Part shown: in pieces, positions 19,075 through 28,443 of the stretch
Position numbering within the stretch: the first letter of the stretch is position 1
Layout: every line of letters starts with the position of its first letter
From: an uncultured delta proteobacterium
GTDB lineage: Bacteria > Myxococcota_A > Polyangia > Polyangiales > Polyangiaceae
Length of the DNA: 64,000 nucleotides
NCBI GenBank assembly: GCA_963716725.1
Contig: CAVQUB010000011.1
Coordinates: forward strand, 288,001 to 352,000
Direction of reading: 5' to 3'
Translations under genes and position numbers: made by a program
Notes under the pieces: model-generated
The model's input: the letters and a program-made list of their open reading frames with translations, nothing else
The model's database searches: none
What the model was told of the DNA's origin: nothing

Positions 19075-20439
19075 ATGGCCATTTCACTGCTCTTGTTCGA
19101 CGAAGGCAACCAGGTGGCGCCCGCGGTGTTGAAGGCGCTGATGAGACGCTTCGAGCTGCATCACGCCTCGAGCCTGGACGGCGTCTCGGGCGTATTCAAC
19201 GTCGCGGTGGTCGGTCCCGGTGTGCGCGATGCGAGCGAGGCGTGTCGCCGGATCCGGCAATCCGGACTCGCTGCCCTCGTGGTCGTGCTCTCGGTGGGCG
19301 CGAGCCTGAAAGACGCGCTGGGCGCGATGCGGGCTCGAGCTACGGATTTCGTGCCGGATGGAGACGATCCCGAGAGCGTGATCGAGCGGATTGCTTCCTG
19401 CGTCGAGGACCGCGAGCTCACCCGAGAGCTCTCGCGCCTGCGGGCCGTGCCCGGGGGCGAGGTGTTGACCACCGACCTCATCGGCGAGAGCCCGTCCATG
19501 CGCCAACTGAAGAAACGACTCGACCGCGTGGTCAACTCGGACGTCACGGTGCTGGTCACGGGCGAGAGCGGTACCGGCAAGGAGGTCGTCGCGCGCGCTC
19601 TGCACAACCGCGGGCCTCGCCGGGATCACCCCTTCGTGGCCGTCAATTGCAGCTGCATTCCGCCACACCTCCTGGAGAGTGAGTTCTTCGGTCACGCGAA
19701 GGGTGCTTTCACGGACGCCACGCGGGATCACACCGGGCTCTTGCTGCAGGCTTCCAGCGGCACGCTCTTTCTGGACGAGATCGGCGACATGCCGCTCGAG
19801 CTGCAACCCAAGCTCTTGCGTGCGTTGCAGGAGCGCAGGGTGCGACCTCTGGGACACTCTCGCGAAGTCCCCTTCGATGCCCGGGTGATCGCCGCAACCA
19901 GCAAGAGCCTCGAGCGCGAGGTCATGGCCAAGCGCTTCCGGGAAGACCTCTACTTCCGCCTGAACGTACTCCAGGTCCGCGTGCCGCCCCTGCGCGAGCG
20001 CGGGCTGGACGTACTGCTCTTCGCGCAGCATTGCATCCACCGCGCGTCGAGCAGCTCACGTCCCATCGTTGGGCTCACTCCCGGCGCGGCTCGAGCCCTG
20101 CTCGCGCACTCCTGGCCTGGCAACGTGCGCGAACTCGAGCACTGCATCGTCTCGGCCATCGCCCACGCGACGACGGACCACATCCGAGCCGCAGACCTGC
20201 CAGCAGACCTTCAGCCGGGCCGATCCGAGGCGGATCCGGGCGAGTGCGAGCTCTTGCCGCTCTCCGACGTCGAGCGCGGCTACATCCTGTCGGTGCTCAA
20301 GTCGGTCGGCGGCAATCGCGCCCGGGCCTCCCAGCTCTTGGGGGTCGATCGAAGCACGCTGTACCGCAAGCTCAAGCAGTACGGTGCCGAGGACGAGGGG
20401 CGCCCCGAACCGGACACCCGCACCCACGCCCGCGTCTGA
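19075..20439 (+). CDS. Sigma54-dependent transcriptional activator with an atypical (pseudo-)receiver domain
   Basis: GESGTGKE, ESEFFGHAKGAFTDA, LFLDEIG, WPGNVREL, Fis HTH. The receiver lacks the expected phospho-Asp (VAVVG). Confidence 0.92.
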   Translation: MAISLLLFDEGNQVAPAVLKALMRRFELHHASSLDGVSGVFNVAVVGPGVRDASEACRRIRQSGLAALVVVLSVGASLKDALGAMRARATDFVPDGDDPESVIERIASCVEDRELTRELSRLRAVPGGEVLTTDLIGESPSMRQLKKRLDRVVNSDVTVLVTGESGTGKEVVARALHNRGPRRDHPFVAVNCSCIPPHLLESEFFGHAKGAFTDATRDHTGLLLQASSGTLFLDEIGDMPLELQPKLLRALQERRVRPLGHSREVPFDARVIAATSKSLEREVMAKRFREDLYFRLNVLQVRVPPLRERGLDVLLFAQHCIHRASSSSRPIVGLTPGAARALLAHSWPGNVRELEHCIVSAIAHATTDHIRAADLPADLQPGRSEADPGECELLPLSDVERGYILSVLKSVGGNRARASQLLGVDRSTLYRKLKQYGAEDEGRPEPDTRTHARV

Positions 20440-20440
20440 G

Positions 20441-21826
20441 TCAGCGCCGCTCGCGCTCGAGATCGAGTCGTTCCAGCTTTCGGTAGAGGGTCGCGCGATC
20501 AATCCCCAGCTTGCGCGCAGCTTGCACCTTGTTGCCGCCGACCGCTCGGAGCACCACCGCGATGTGTCGCCGCTCGACCTCTTGCAACGACGTCACGTCG
20601 ATGAGCTCGATCTGACCGCTCTTCCTGGGAGATCGCACGCTGGTGGGGAGCTCGTCGAAGCCGATGCGTCCGCCGTTGGCCAGCGCCACCGCAGCACCTA
20701 TCGTGTTCTCGAGCTCACGCACGTTGCCGGGCCAGTGATACGCCGTGATCAGGCGCTCTGCCTCGTCGCTCAAGCGATGGCAGGTGCCGTCCGGATTCGA
20801 AAGAAAATGCCGTGCCAACGCCAAGATATCTTCTGCACCGCGCTCTCGGAGCGCCGGCAGATGCACGTGCAGCACGTTGATGCGAAAGTAGAGGTCCTCG
20901 CGGAACTGTCCGACGCGCATCGCGTGCTGGAGGTTCTTGTTGGTCGCAGCCACCACACGCACATCGCACTCACTCTCGTGGGCCGAACCCACCGGGCGAA
21001 TTTTTCGCTCCTCGATGGCGCGTAGGATTTTGGGCTGTAATTCCATCGGCATGTCACCGATCTCGTCCAGCATGAGGGTGCCGCCGTGCGCCTGCTGGAA
21101 CAGCCCGACTCGCGCTTCGGACGCGCCGGTGAACGCGCCGCGCGCGTGGCCAAAGAGCTCCGACTCGACCAACTCCCGAGGAACCGCGGCGCAGCTGAAT
21201 GCCACCAGTGGCGCGTCGCGCCGGTCGCTGCCCAGGTGGATCGCGCGCGTGGCGAGCTCCTTGCCGGTGCCGCTTTCTCCGGTGACCAGCACCGTGGAGT
21301 TGGTCGCTGCCACCCGTGCCAGCTGAGCCCGCACCCCGGCCATGAGCTTGCTGGGACCGATCAGGCCGTGCAGAGCTCCCTCGACGGGTTCGAGGGGTTG
21401 CAGCCTCACGGGAGGCGAACTCACCCGGTCCCGCCCAAGGGTCTTGTTCACGACCTCCGAGAGCTGATCCAGGCCCACCGGTTTGGTGATGAAGTCAAAG
21501 GCTCCCGCTCGGAGCGCGGCCACCGCCGACTCGACGTCGCCGAACGCTGTCATCACGACCACGGGAACGTCCGGGCGGTCCCCCGCCAGCGTGCGGCACA
21601 GTTCGATGCCGTTCATGCCCGGCATCTTGATGTCGGTCAGCACCAGGTCGAGCTCTGCGCGATCGCTCTCGCGGAGGGCGCTCTCGCCGTCGACCATGGG
21701 TACCGGGAGGTAGCCCAAATCGACGAGGGCGTCGCAGAGCGCGAGGCGCGTGTCCTCGTCGTCATCCACCACCAAGATGGTGGCCCCTCCAGCGGCGCCC
21801 GGAACGTGTTGCGTCTCGGGAATCAC
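20441..21826 (-). CDS. NtrC/AtoC-like sigma54-dependent response regulator
   Basis: ILVVDDD, LTDIKMPG, FITKP; GESGTGKE, GAFTGA, LDEIG, WPGNVREL, TLYRKL. GTG 21826 start inferred. Confidence 0.93.
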   Translation of the reverse strand: MIPETQHVPGAAGGATILVVDDDEDTRLALCDALVDLGYLPVPMVDGESALRESDRAELDLVLTDIKMPGMNGIELCRTLAGDRPDVPVVVMTAFGDVESAVAALRAGAFDFITKPVGLDQLSEVVNKTLGRDRVSSPPVRLQPLEPVEGALHGLIGPSKLMAGVRAQLARVAATNSTVLVTGESGTGKELATRAIHLGSDRRDAPLVAFSCAAVPRELVESELFGHARGAFTGASEARVGLFQQAHGGTLMLDEIGDMPMELQPKILRAIEERKIRPVGSAHESECDVRVVAATNKNLQHAMRVGQFREDLYFRINVLHVHLPALRERGAEDILALARHFLSNPDGTCHRLSDEAERLITAYHWPGNVRELENTIGAAVALANGGRIGFDELPTSVRSPRKSGQIELIDVTSLQEVERRHIAVVLRAVGGNKVQAARKLGIDRATLYRKLERLDLERERR

Positions 21827-21894
21827 CGCCGAAACATCGAACGCCAACAATGCAAATGCAACTCCTGTCGCATTCTGCCCCACACGCGTGTTGC

Positions 21895-22266
21895 TCACGC
21901 GGAGCCGGCGGCGTGGGCGAGGAGCGCGAGCAGCGATTGAAGCGCCACGGGCTTGCTCAACGCGCCGGCGATGCGCTCGGGCAGCGCGACACCGGTCGTC
22001 GCTGCGGTCAGCACCACTACCGGGATCCTCTCGAGCTCCGGATCCGCCAGCAGCGCGCTCCGAAGATCCCAACCGTCCATCCGAGGCATCCACAGATCGA
22101 GGATGATGACGTGGGGCCGGTGACCGCGCCGGAGATAGCTCAGCGCCTCCTCACCGCCAGGTCGCGTGACGACCAAGTAGCCCTCGTCGCCCAGCACCTC
22201 CGCTAGGGCATCACGAATTTCGAGGTCGTCGTCGATGACCAGCAGCGTCAGTTGCAGCGCTGTCAC
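21895..22266 (-). CDS. Single-domain response regulator (CheY-like)
   Basis: LLVIDDD, IILDLWMPRMDG, VVLTA, LSKP. GTG 22266 start inferred. Confidence 0.9.
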   Translation of the reverse strand: MTALQLTLLVIDDDLEIRDALAEVLGDEGYLVVTRPGGEEALSYLRRGHRPHVIILDLWMPRMDGWDLRSALLADPELERIPVVVLTAATTGVALPERIAGALSKPVALQSLLALLAHAAGSA

Positions 22267-22306
22267 TCGGCGCCCCGGTCCCCGGCCACGAGGAGACGAC
22301 GATCCG

Positions 22307-22322
22307 TGCACTGCTCTTGCCG
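22307..22322 (-). promoter_or_regulatory. Putative sigma54 promoter upstream of the single-domain receiver gene
   Basis: Minus strand CGGCAAGAGCAGTGCA: GG-N10-GC in the intergenic gap. Confidence 0.55.
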
Positions 22323-22328
22323 ATTGCA

Positions 22329-24005
22329 TTACGCCACGTCGATGTCGAGTTCCGCGGGACACAACCTCAACGCGACGATCCCGGGGCGCGCGCCGGAGAC
22401 GAAGCCGAGCGTCCCTGACTTCCAGCGGGTGAGTTCGTGCAAGCGCTCGGTCATCTGGCCGCGAATTTCCCCAAAAACCGTGCGTGCGCTCGCAACGCCC
22501 ATATCCACCAAAGCCTCTCCCACGCTGCAGTCCCAGCGGGCCGCGCGCTCGACGGCGAGCTCGATCGCGGGTCCAGTCGCATGCCCCAAGCGCACCAAGC
22601 GTTCGCCGAGCAACTCGCGTTCGTCGTTCGCTGCCACGAATACCGGCGCGCCGTCATCGAAGAACACCCTCATCTCGCGCTTGCCCGAGCGAGCGATCAG
22701 CAGGCCCGACGCTCGACGGTGCGTGAGCCGCCGCAACAAGTCGCGGGTCGCCGCCGGTGAGAGCGGGGCGCACTGGGGCAGCGAGGCCGGCTCACCGAAT
22801 CGATAGCCTGGCAGTCCGCGCCTGCGTTCGATGCTCGACGGCAGGGCTGGGTCGGCCTCGATCGACGCGCCAATGGCCACCGCCCGGGCAGCCCGCGCGA
22901 CCCGGGTGGCGAATCGGGACTCGAGGCCGGCGCCCGCGGGCAATGCCGCTCGGACCGGAGCAGGTCGACCTCGCGCTCGCGTGATCGAGCGCACGGTCGA
23001 ACGAAGCCCCGGTTGGAACGATTCTTCGTAGTCGCGCAACAGCTTCGCCAGCTGCACCCGACCTGCCGACACGCCGAGCTCTTTGCTCGCGCGCCCCAGC
23101 GCTCGGGCGAAGGCGTGAGCCGACGGATAGCGCTCCTCGCGGCGCTGTGCCAAGGCCCTTCGAAGCACGGCTACCAGGGCGCCCGGCACGCCGGCGTCGA
23201 TGCCCCGCGCGTACCCGCCGTAGTTGGCGGCGAGTGTCGCGAGCTCGTGGTCCCGAGCGAAGGCCCGACGCCCGGACAGGAGTTCGAGCAGCACCACGCC
23301 CGCGGCGAACAGGTCCGCGCGCGCGTCCACCGGTCTGCCAGCGAGCTGCTCCGGGGCCATGTACCCGACCTTGCCCTGGAGGGCCTTGGGCGACGGTGCA
23401 GGGGCGCCGCGGGTGATGCGCGCGATGCCGAAGTCCCCGAGCATCGCGTCGCCGTCGGGCGTGAGCAGGATGTTGTTGGGACTGACGTCCCGATGCACCA
23501 CTCCGAGGGCAGCGCCGTCGTCATCGCAGAGCTCATGCACCGCCGACAGACCGTCGAGCAACTGCTCGACGATGTGCACGGCAGCGGCAGGTCCCAGGGG
23601 AGTCGTCGAGCGATTGAGCAGATCGGAAACCGACGGCCCGGCGACGTATTCCATCACCAAGAAGGGTTCGCCGTCGAAGACGTCGAGCGCCAAGGTGTGG
23701 ATCAGTCGCGGGTGCCGCAGCCGCATGCCCAGCAGCGCCTCGTCCGAGAACATCAGGACGGTCTGCGGATTGGCGGCGAGCACGGGCAACATGCGCTTGA
23801 GCGCGACTTCCGTTCCGTCGGGCGCCGTGGCGTGCCAAACAGTGGCCATCCCGCCCCGCGCGATGATGCCGTGGAGCGAGTAGCCAGCGTAGCGTTCGAT
23901 TCGCTGTCGTCGCGACTCCACCGGCACCGACTCGCTGTCCGGCGGCGGCGGCTCGACGACGCGCAGCGGCGCCAGGCGACGAACTTGGTTTCCCCCAGCT
24001 GACAT
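22329..24005 (-). CDS. Ser/Thr protein kinase with a C-terminal DUF4388-like domain
   Basis: ARGGMATV, VALK, HRDVSPNN, DFG, YMAPE; C-terminal RRASGLL...VFFDDG...LLGERLVRLG...WKSG. Confidence 0.9.
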   Translation of the reverse strand: MSAGGNQVRRLAPLRVVEPPPPDSESVPVESRRQRIERYAGYSLHGIIARGGMATVWHATAPDGTEVALKRMLPVLAANPQTVLMFSDEALLGMRLRHPRLIHTLALDVFDGEPFLVMEYVAGPSVSDLLNRSTTPLGPAAAVHIVEQLLDGLSAVHELCDDDGAALGVVHRDVSPNNILLTPDGDAMLGDFGIARITRGAPAPSPKALQGKVGYMAPEQLAGRPVDARADLFAAGVVLLELLSGRRAFARDHELATLAANYGGYARGIDAGVPGALVAVLRRALAQRREERYPSAHAFARALGRASKELGVSAGRVQLAKLLRDYEESFQPGLRSTVRSITRARGRPAPVRAALPAGAGLESRFATRVARAARAVAIGASIEADPALPSSIERRRGLPGYRFGEPASLPQCAPLSPAATRDLLRRLTHRRASGLLIARSGKREMRVFFDDGAPVFVAANDERELLGERLVRLGHATGPAIELAVERAARWDCSVGEALVDMGVASARTVFGEIRGQMTERLHELTRWKSGTLGFVSGARPGIVALRLCPAELDIDVA

Positions 24006-24539
24006 CTAGTCCCCCGGTCTTGTCGAGGAGTCGGTATTGGCGACTCCAGCTCTCTGGCGCACACTGCGCGCGATCCAGGTCAGGACGGCTCCCGACGTCA
24101 CGACCCCAACCAAGCGCCCGCTCGAGCTGACTACCGCGGCGCGCGCACAACCCGCGCTGGCCATGGCTGCACACGCCTGAGCGATGGTCGCACCAGCTGC
24201 GACCTGGGCGCGGATCGGCACCGTGAGTTCGTCGATTCGTGAGGGCGTGGGGACCGGCAGCGGCCAGCCTTCCGGATCGCTCTGTTCACCCGGCTCGGCG
24301 GTCCGAACAGCCCGCCGACCCTCGGGACACCACTCCGCTGCGACCCGCTCGCCAGCGAAGACGCCCACGGGCCGGCGCCGTGAGTCCACGACGAGGAGTT
24401 CGTCGCCTCCGGTGTCGCTCAGCTCGCGGAGCGCGGCGCGGATCCCAATACCGGTCGGGACAGTGACGGGACGCGTCATCACCCGGTCCACCGGGAGGCC
24501 CGGATCGAGCCAAAACTCGGGAGCAGTCGAGGGTGACAC
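24006..24539 (-). CDS. CBS domain protein (degenerate)
   Basis: VDRVMTRPV, LLVVDSRRRPVGV, AVVSSSGRLVGVVT. Confidence 0.7.
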   Translation of the reverse strand: MSPSTAPEFWLDPGLPVDRVMTRPVTVPTGIGIRAALRELSDTGGDELLVVDSRRRPVGVFAGERVAAEWCPEGRRAVRTAEPGEQSDPEGWPLPVPTPSRIDELTVPIRAQVAAGATIAQACAAMASAGCARAAVVSSSGRLVGVVTSGAVLTWIARSVRQRAGVANTDSSTRPGD

Positions 24540-24551
24540 CCCCGCACATCA

Positions 24552-24567
24552 AGCAGCCTCCGTGCCA
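24552..24567 (-). promoter_or_regulatory. Putative sigma54 promoter of the leftward CBS gene
   Basis: Minus strand TGGCACGGAGGCTGCT: TGGCAC plus GG-N10-GC. Confidence 0.75.
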
Positions 24568-24697
24568 GCGAGGCGAGCGAACTTCGTTGGCCAGATCCAC
24601 GCGTCAGCTCCCGTTGCGAGCGAGGCAATGCGCGTCACTGCGGCGGGCTGCCACGACCAGCGCCAGCCGGCGCGCCGGACAATCGCGTGGACTCGAC

Positions 24698-24713
24698 TGG
24701 AACGCCTCTTGCT
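24698..24713 (+). promoter_or_regulatory. Putative sigma54 promoter of the rightward CBS gene
   Basis: TGGAACGCCTCTTGCT: GG-N10-GC with TTGCT; GAGGAGG RBS downstream. Confidence 0.72.
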
Positions 24714-24767
24714 CTCCGTATTCTTTCGTAACCGCCACTCGCACGCTGAAAAACACGAGGAGGGAAA

Positions 24768-25283
24768 ATGATCCACAAAGCCGATTTCGTCCCGCGGGCT
24801 TCGGATAGCCTGATCGCAAGCCTACCCGCCGGGGCTGAAGAACCCGCGGCGTCGATCCTGGTGACCAGCATCACCCGGTTCCCGACGGTGGTGAGCGCCA
24901 AGACCCCGCTGACCCGCGCCGCCGAGCTGCTCGTGCGCCCGGGCTGCGGAGTTCTCGTCGTCGTCGACGAACGGCGACGCCCGCTCGGCGTCGTGACGGC
25001 GGCCGATGCGCTGGCCCTGGCGCGACGCCTCAGCCCCGCGCGCTTCGACTTCGCGACCGCACTGGACGCCGCGAGCTCCGGAGGACGCTTCGTTCCCGAG
25101 TCGTCGACTCTGACCGCGGTACACGCTTCACTGCTGGACGAAAATCGCGAGTTCTTCGTGGTGGTGGATCGGGACGGGCGTCTCAGCGGAATCATCACCG
25201 CGATGGACGTGCTCGAGGCCCTGGCTGAAGCCCCGCCCGTCTCTGGGGTCCGATACGCCGCGCCGATTCAACGCTGCGGTTGA
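24768..25283 (+). CDS. CBS domain protein
   Basis: LVVVDERRRPLGVVT, VVVDRDGRLSGIITAMDVL; strong RBS. Confidence 0.8.
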   Translation: MIHKADFVPRASDSLIASLPAGAEEPAASILVTSITRFPTVVSAKTPLTRAAELLVRPGCGVLVVVDERRRPLGVVTAADALALARRLSPARFDFATALDAASSGGRFVPESSTLTAVHASLLDENREFFVVVDRDGRLSGIITAMDVLEALAEAPPVSGVRYAAPIQRCG

Positions 25284-25295
25284 GTGGGCGCGAGC

Positions 25296-27758
25296 TCAAG
25301 CGGGGACACCCCAGATGTCTCGCGCGTACCCCCGCAGCGTTCGGTCCGACGAGAAGAATCCCATGCGCGCCACGTTGAGGATCGACTTCCGGGTCCATGC
25401 CGCCTGATCCAGGTAGGTGCGCTCGAGTACCTCCTGGGCGCGGGAGTAGCTACGGAAGTCCGCCAGCGTGAAGTACCGGTCTCCGTCCGAGAGCAGCGTG
25501 TCCACTACGGGACGAAAGCAACCCGGGTCCTCCGGAGAGAACATGCCGCTGTTGATGGCGTCGAGGGCTTCGCGAAGATCGGGATCGGCGTGGTAGATCG
25601 GGTAGGGGTCGTAGTCGTGGCGGCGCGCTTCGACCTCTTCGGCGGTGAGGCCGAAGATGAAGATGTTCTCGTCCCCGACCGCGTCCTTGATTTCGATGTT
25701 GGCGCCATCGAGCGTGCCGATGGTCAAGGCGCCGTTGAGCGCGAACTTCATGTTGCCGGTGCCCGAAGCCTCCATGCCGGCCGTCGAGATCTGCTCCGAC
25801 ACGTCACTGGCGGGAATGATCAGCTCGGCTGCGCTGACGGAGTAGTTGGGCACGAACAACACGCGCAAGAAATGCCGTGAGTGCTCGTCGGAGTTCAGCC
25901 TGGCCGCGACCGCGTTGATCAAGTGGACGATGCGCTTGGCCATGGCGTAGCCGGGCGGCGCCTTGCCTCCAAACACGAAGGTGCGAGGCACCGCGGCCAT
26001 CTCCCGCGGCCGCCGATGGCGCAGGTAGAGGGAGACAACGTGCAGCACGTTGAGCAGCTGACGTTTGTACTCGTGGATGCGCTTGACCTGCGAGTCGACG
26101 AGATGGGTCGGATCGAGTTCGAGGCCGTGGGCGCGACGGAGCCAGCGCGCCAAGCGCTCCTTGTTGCGCTGCTTGATGCCCCTCCACTCGGCTTGCAGCT
26201 CCGGATCATCCGCATGCTCCGAGAGGCGCTCGAGCTGATCGAGGTCCGTAGTCCAACCGGGGCCGATGCGACGGGTGATCAACGCGGAGAGGTCGGGATT
26301 GCACTTCATCAACCAGCGACGAGGCGTCACACCGTTGGTTTGATTGACGAACTTGTCCGGCGTGAGGTCCGAGAAGTCTCGGAACAAGGTCTCGCGGAGA
26401 AGCCGAGAGTGCAGCGCGGAGACGCCGTTGACCTTGTGGCTGCCGACGATGGCCAGATGTGCCATGCGCACCTGCGCCTCGCTGCCCTCTTGGATCAAGC
26501 TCATGCGTTGCACGCGCGCCTCGTCTCGGGGAAACGCCCGGCGAACCTGCTCGAGAAAGCGCGCGTTGATCTCGTAGATGATCTGAAGATGTCGCGGCAA
26601 GAGCCGCTCCAAGAGCCACACCGGCCACCGTTCGAGGGCCTCGGGCATGAGCGTGTGGTTGGTGTAGGCGAAGCACTGGCGCGTCACTTCCCAGGCCTGA
26701 TCCCAGCTCAGACCGTGGCGGTCGACCATCAGGCGCATCATCTCCGCCACGGCCAGCGCCGGGTGGGTGTCATTGAGTTGGAAGATCGCGGAGTGGTGCA
26801 GATCGCTCAGGTCCTCGTGACGCGTGAGGTGACGAGCGACGGCGTCCTGGAGCGTCGCGGAGACCAGGAAGTACTCCTGCTTGAGTCGAAGCTCCTTGCC
26901 GGCGAGCTGAGCGTCGTTCGGGTAGAGCACACGCGAAATGGTCTCGGTCGCTGCCTTGTCCTCGACCGCTCGGATGTAGTCGCCCTGATTGAAATAGGAG
27001 ATATCGAAGGCGCGCGTGGCCTTGGCGGACCAGAGGCGCAAGGTGTTGACCACGCCGTTCCGGTAGCCCGGCACCGGCGTGTCGTAAGCGACCGCAAGCA
27101 CCTGATGAGTGTCGACCCACTCATGCACGCGGCGGCCGCGATATCCGGTGTACTGGATCACGCGCCCGCCGAAGTGCACGGCGTAGCGGCGCTCCGGCCG
27201 CTCGAACTCCCAAGGGTTGCCGTAGCGAAGCCAGGGATCGGGTCGCTCGAATTGCTCCCCGCGCACGATGTCCTGAAGGAAGATCCCGTACTCGTAGCGG
27301 ATGCCGTAGCCCACGCCCGGAATGCCCAAGGTCGCCATGGAGTCGATGAAACACGCGGCGAGCCGACCGAGCCCTCCGTTGCCCAGACCCGCGTCATGCT
27401 CCTGGTCCGCAGCCTCGGAGAGCGCGACGCCGCACTCGAGCAGCCCTCGATCGGCGGAGTCGAGGCAGCCGAGGTTCAAGAGGCCGTCTTCGAGCAAGCG
27501 ACCGAGCAGGAACTCCATCGACAGGTAGTACACACGCTTGGGTTGTTCGCTGGCGTAGCGCAGCGAGGTGCGGGTCCAGCGGTCGGCCATGCGGTCCCGC
27601 GCCGCGTGTGCAACGGCCATGAAATGATCCAGCTGGGTCGCAACCCTCGGGTCCTTGCCCTGCGTGTGCCGGACGTGCTTCAAGAAGCTGCGCCGGAGCG
27701 ATTCGGCGTCCAGCGGCAGATCCTCGGGGTGTCCGACGTCGGGATTCCTCTCGGGCAT
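25296..27758 (-). CDS. glgP: Glycogen/starch/alpha-glucan phosphorylase
   Basis: YYLSMEFL, GLGNGGLGRLAACF, LRLKQEYF, QLNDTHP, KRIHEYKRQ, EASGTGNMK (PLP lysine). Confidence 0.97.
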   Translation of the reverse strand: MPERNPDVGHPEDLPLDAESLRRSFLKHVRHTQGKDPRVATQLDHFMAVAHAARDRMADRWTRTSLRYASEQPKRVYYLSMEFLLGRLLEDGLLNLGCLDSADRGLLECGVALSEAADQEHDAGLGNGGLGRLAACFIDSMATLGIPGVGYGIRYEYGIFLQDIVRGEQFERPDPWLRYGNPWEFERPERRYAVHFGGRVIQYTGYRGRRVHEWVDTHQVLAVAYDTPVPGYRNGVVNTLRLWSAKATRAFDISYFNQGDYIRAVEDKAATETISRVLYPNDAQLAGKELRLKQEYFLVSATLQDAVARHLTRHEDLSDLHHSAIFQLNDTHPALAVAEMMRLMVDRHGLSWDQAWEVTRQCFAYTNHTLMPEALERWPVWLLERLLPRHLQIIYEINARFLEQVRRAFPRDEARVQRMSLIQEGSEAQVRMAHLAIVGSHKVNGVSALHSRLLRETLFRDFSDLTPDKFVNQTNGVTPRRWLMKCNPDLSALITRRIGPGWTTDLDQLERLSEHADDPELQAEWRGIKQRNKERLARWLRRAHGLELDPTHLVDSQVKRIHEYKRQLLNVLHVVSLYLRHRRPREMAAVPRTFVFGGKAPPGYAMAKRIVHLINAVAARLNSDEHSRHFLRVLFVPNYSVSAAELIIPASDVSEQISTAGMEASGTGNMKFALNGALTIGTLDGANIEIKDAVGDENIFIFGLTAEEVEARRHDYDPYPIYHADPDLREALDAINSGMFSPEDPGCFRPVVDTLLSDGDRYFTLADFRSYSRAQEVLERTYLDQAAWTRKSILNVARMGFFSSDRTLRGYARDIWGVPA

Positions 27759-27873
27759 TGACGGCGGACGCTATCAGACCTCGTCGATCTTTCGATTGGA
27801 TTTTCCGTGGCTTGCCGCTACAGCTTGGGAACAGCGAACCCTCGTCGAGCGTTCTCGGCTCCAACTGTCTTGC

Positions 27874-28374
27874 ATGCCCAGTCGAACCTTCCTCGTTGCC
27901 GCCACGCTCTCGGTCGTGCTCTCCGCGTGCGAACGACGTGCGGACATCGAGGGCGCCGCCACTGCCGCGCCAGCAGCCGCCGCGAGCCCCGCCCAAACCA
28001 CGGCGCAGCGCGTCCGGGCGGTGGGTCAGCTTGGACCCGGTCGAGGCACGCTGGTGATTTCCCTCGCGCCGCCGAAGAGCGGCAAGCTCACGGAGGGCGC
28101 ACCGCTCAGCGTCGAAGCGCGCGGGGCTCACCTGAGTTTTCCTGCTGCAATCCGGGAGAACCTCGACTCCAAGCGCTTGCCGCTCCGACTCCCCATCGAC
28201 GTCACGGACGGCGCCATGGGCCCCGCCGAGGTCAATCTGTCGTACTACTGGTGCGGTCACGAAGAAGGCGCCGCGTGTCGCCCGGAGCGAGTGAAGCTCG
28301 TCGTCGAGTTGGACACGACCGGCGACGCTCCGGGCGGCGAGGCCCACCTCACGCACGTCGCCGCGGGCACTTGA
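27874..28374 (+). CDS. Lipoprotein with an Ig-like domain carrying a C-x7-C pair (DsbD-N / NHL-thioredoxin C-terminal-like)
   Basis: Lipobox LSAC; LAPPKSGKLTEGAP; LSYYWCGHEEGAACRP. Confidence 0.65.
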   Translation: MPSRTFLVAATLSVVLSACERRADIEGAATAAPAAAASPAQTTAQRVRAVGQLGPGRGTLVISLAPPKSGKLTEGAPLSVEARGAHLSFPAAIRENLDSKRLPLRLPIDVTDGAMGPAEVNLSYYWCGHEEGAACRPERVKLVVELDTTGDAPGGEAHLTHVAAGT

Positions 28375-28443
28375 CCCGGCGGCGCCGAGCCGCGCCGATG
28401 TTATTCGGGGCGGCGAGGGCGTTTTCTAGGTAAGATCACCGCG

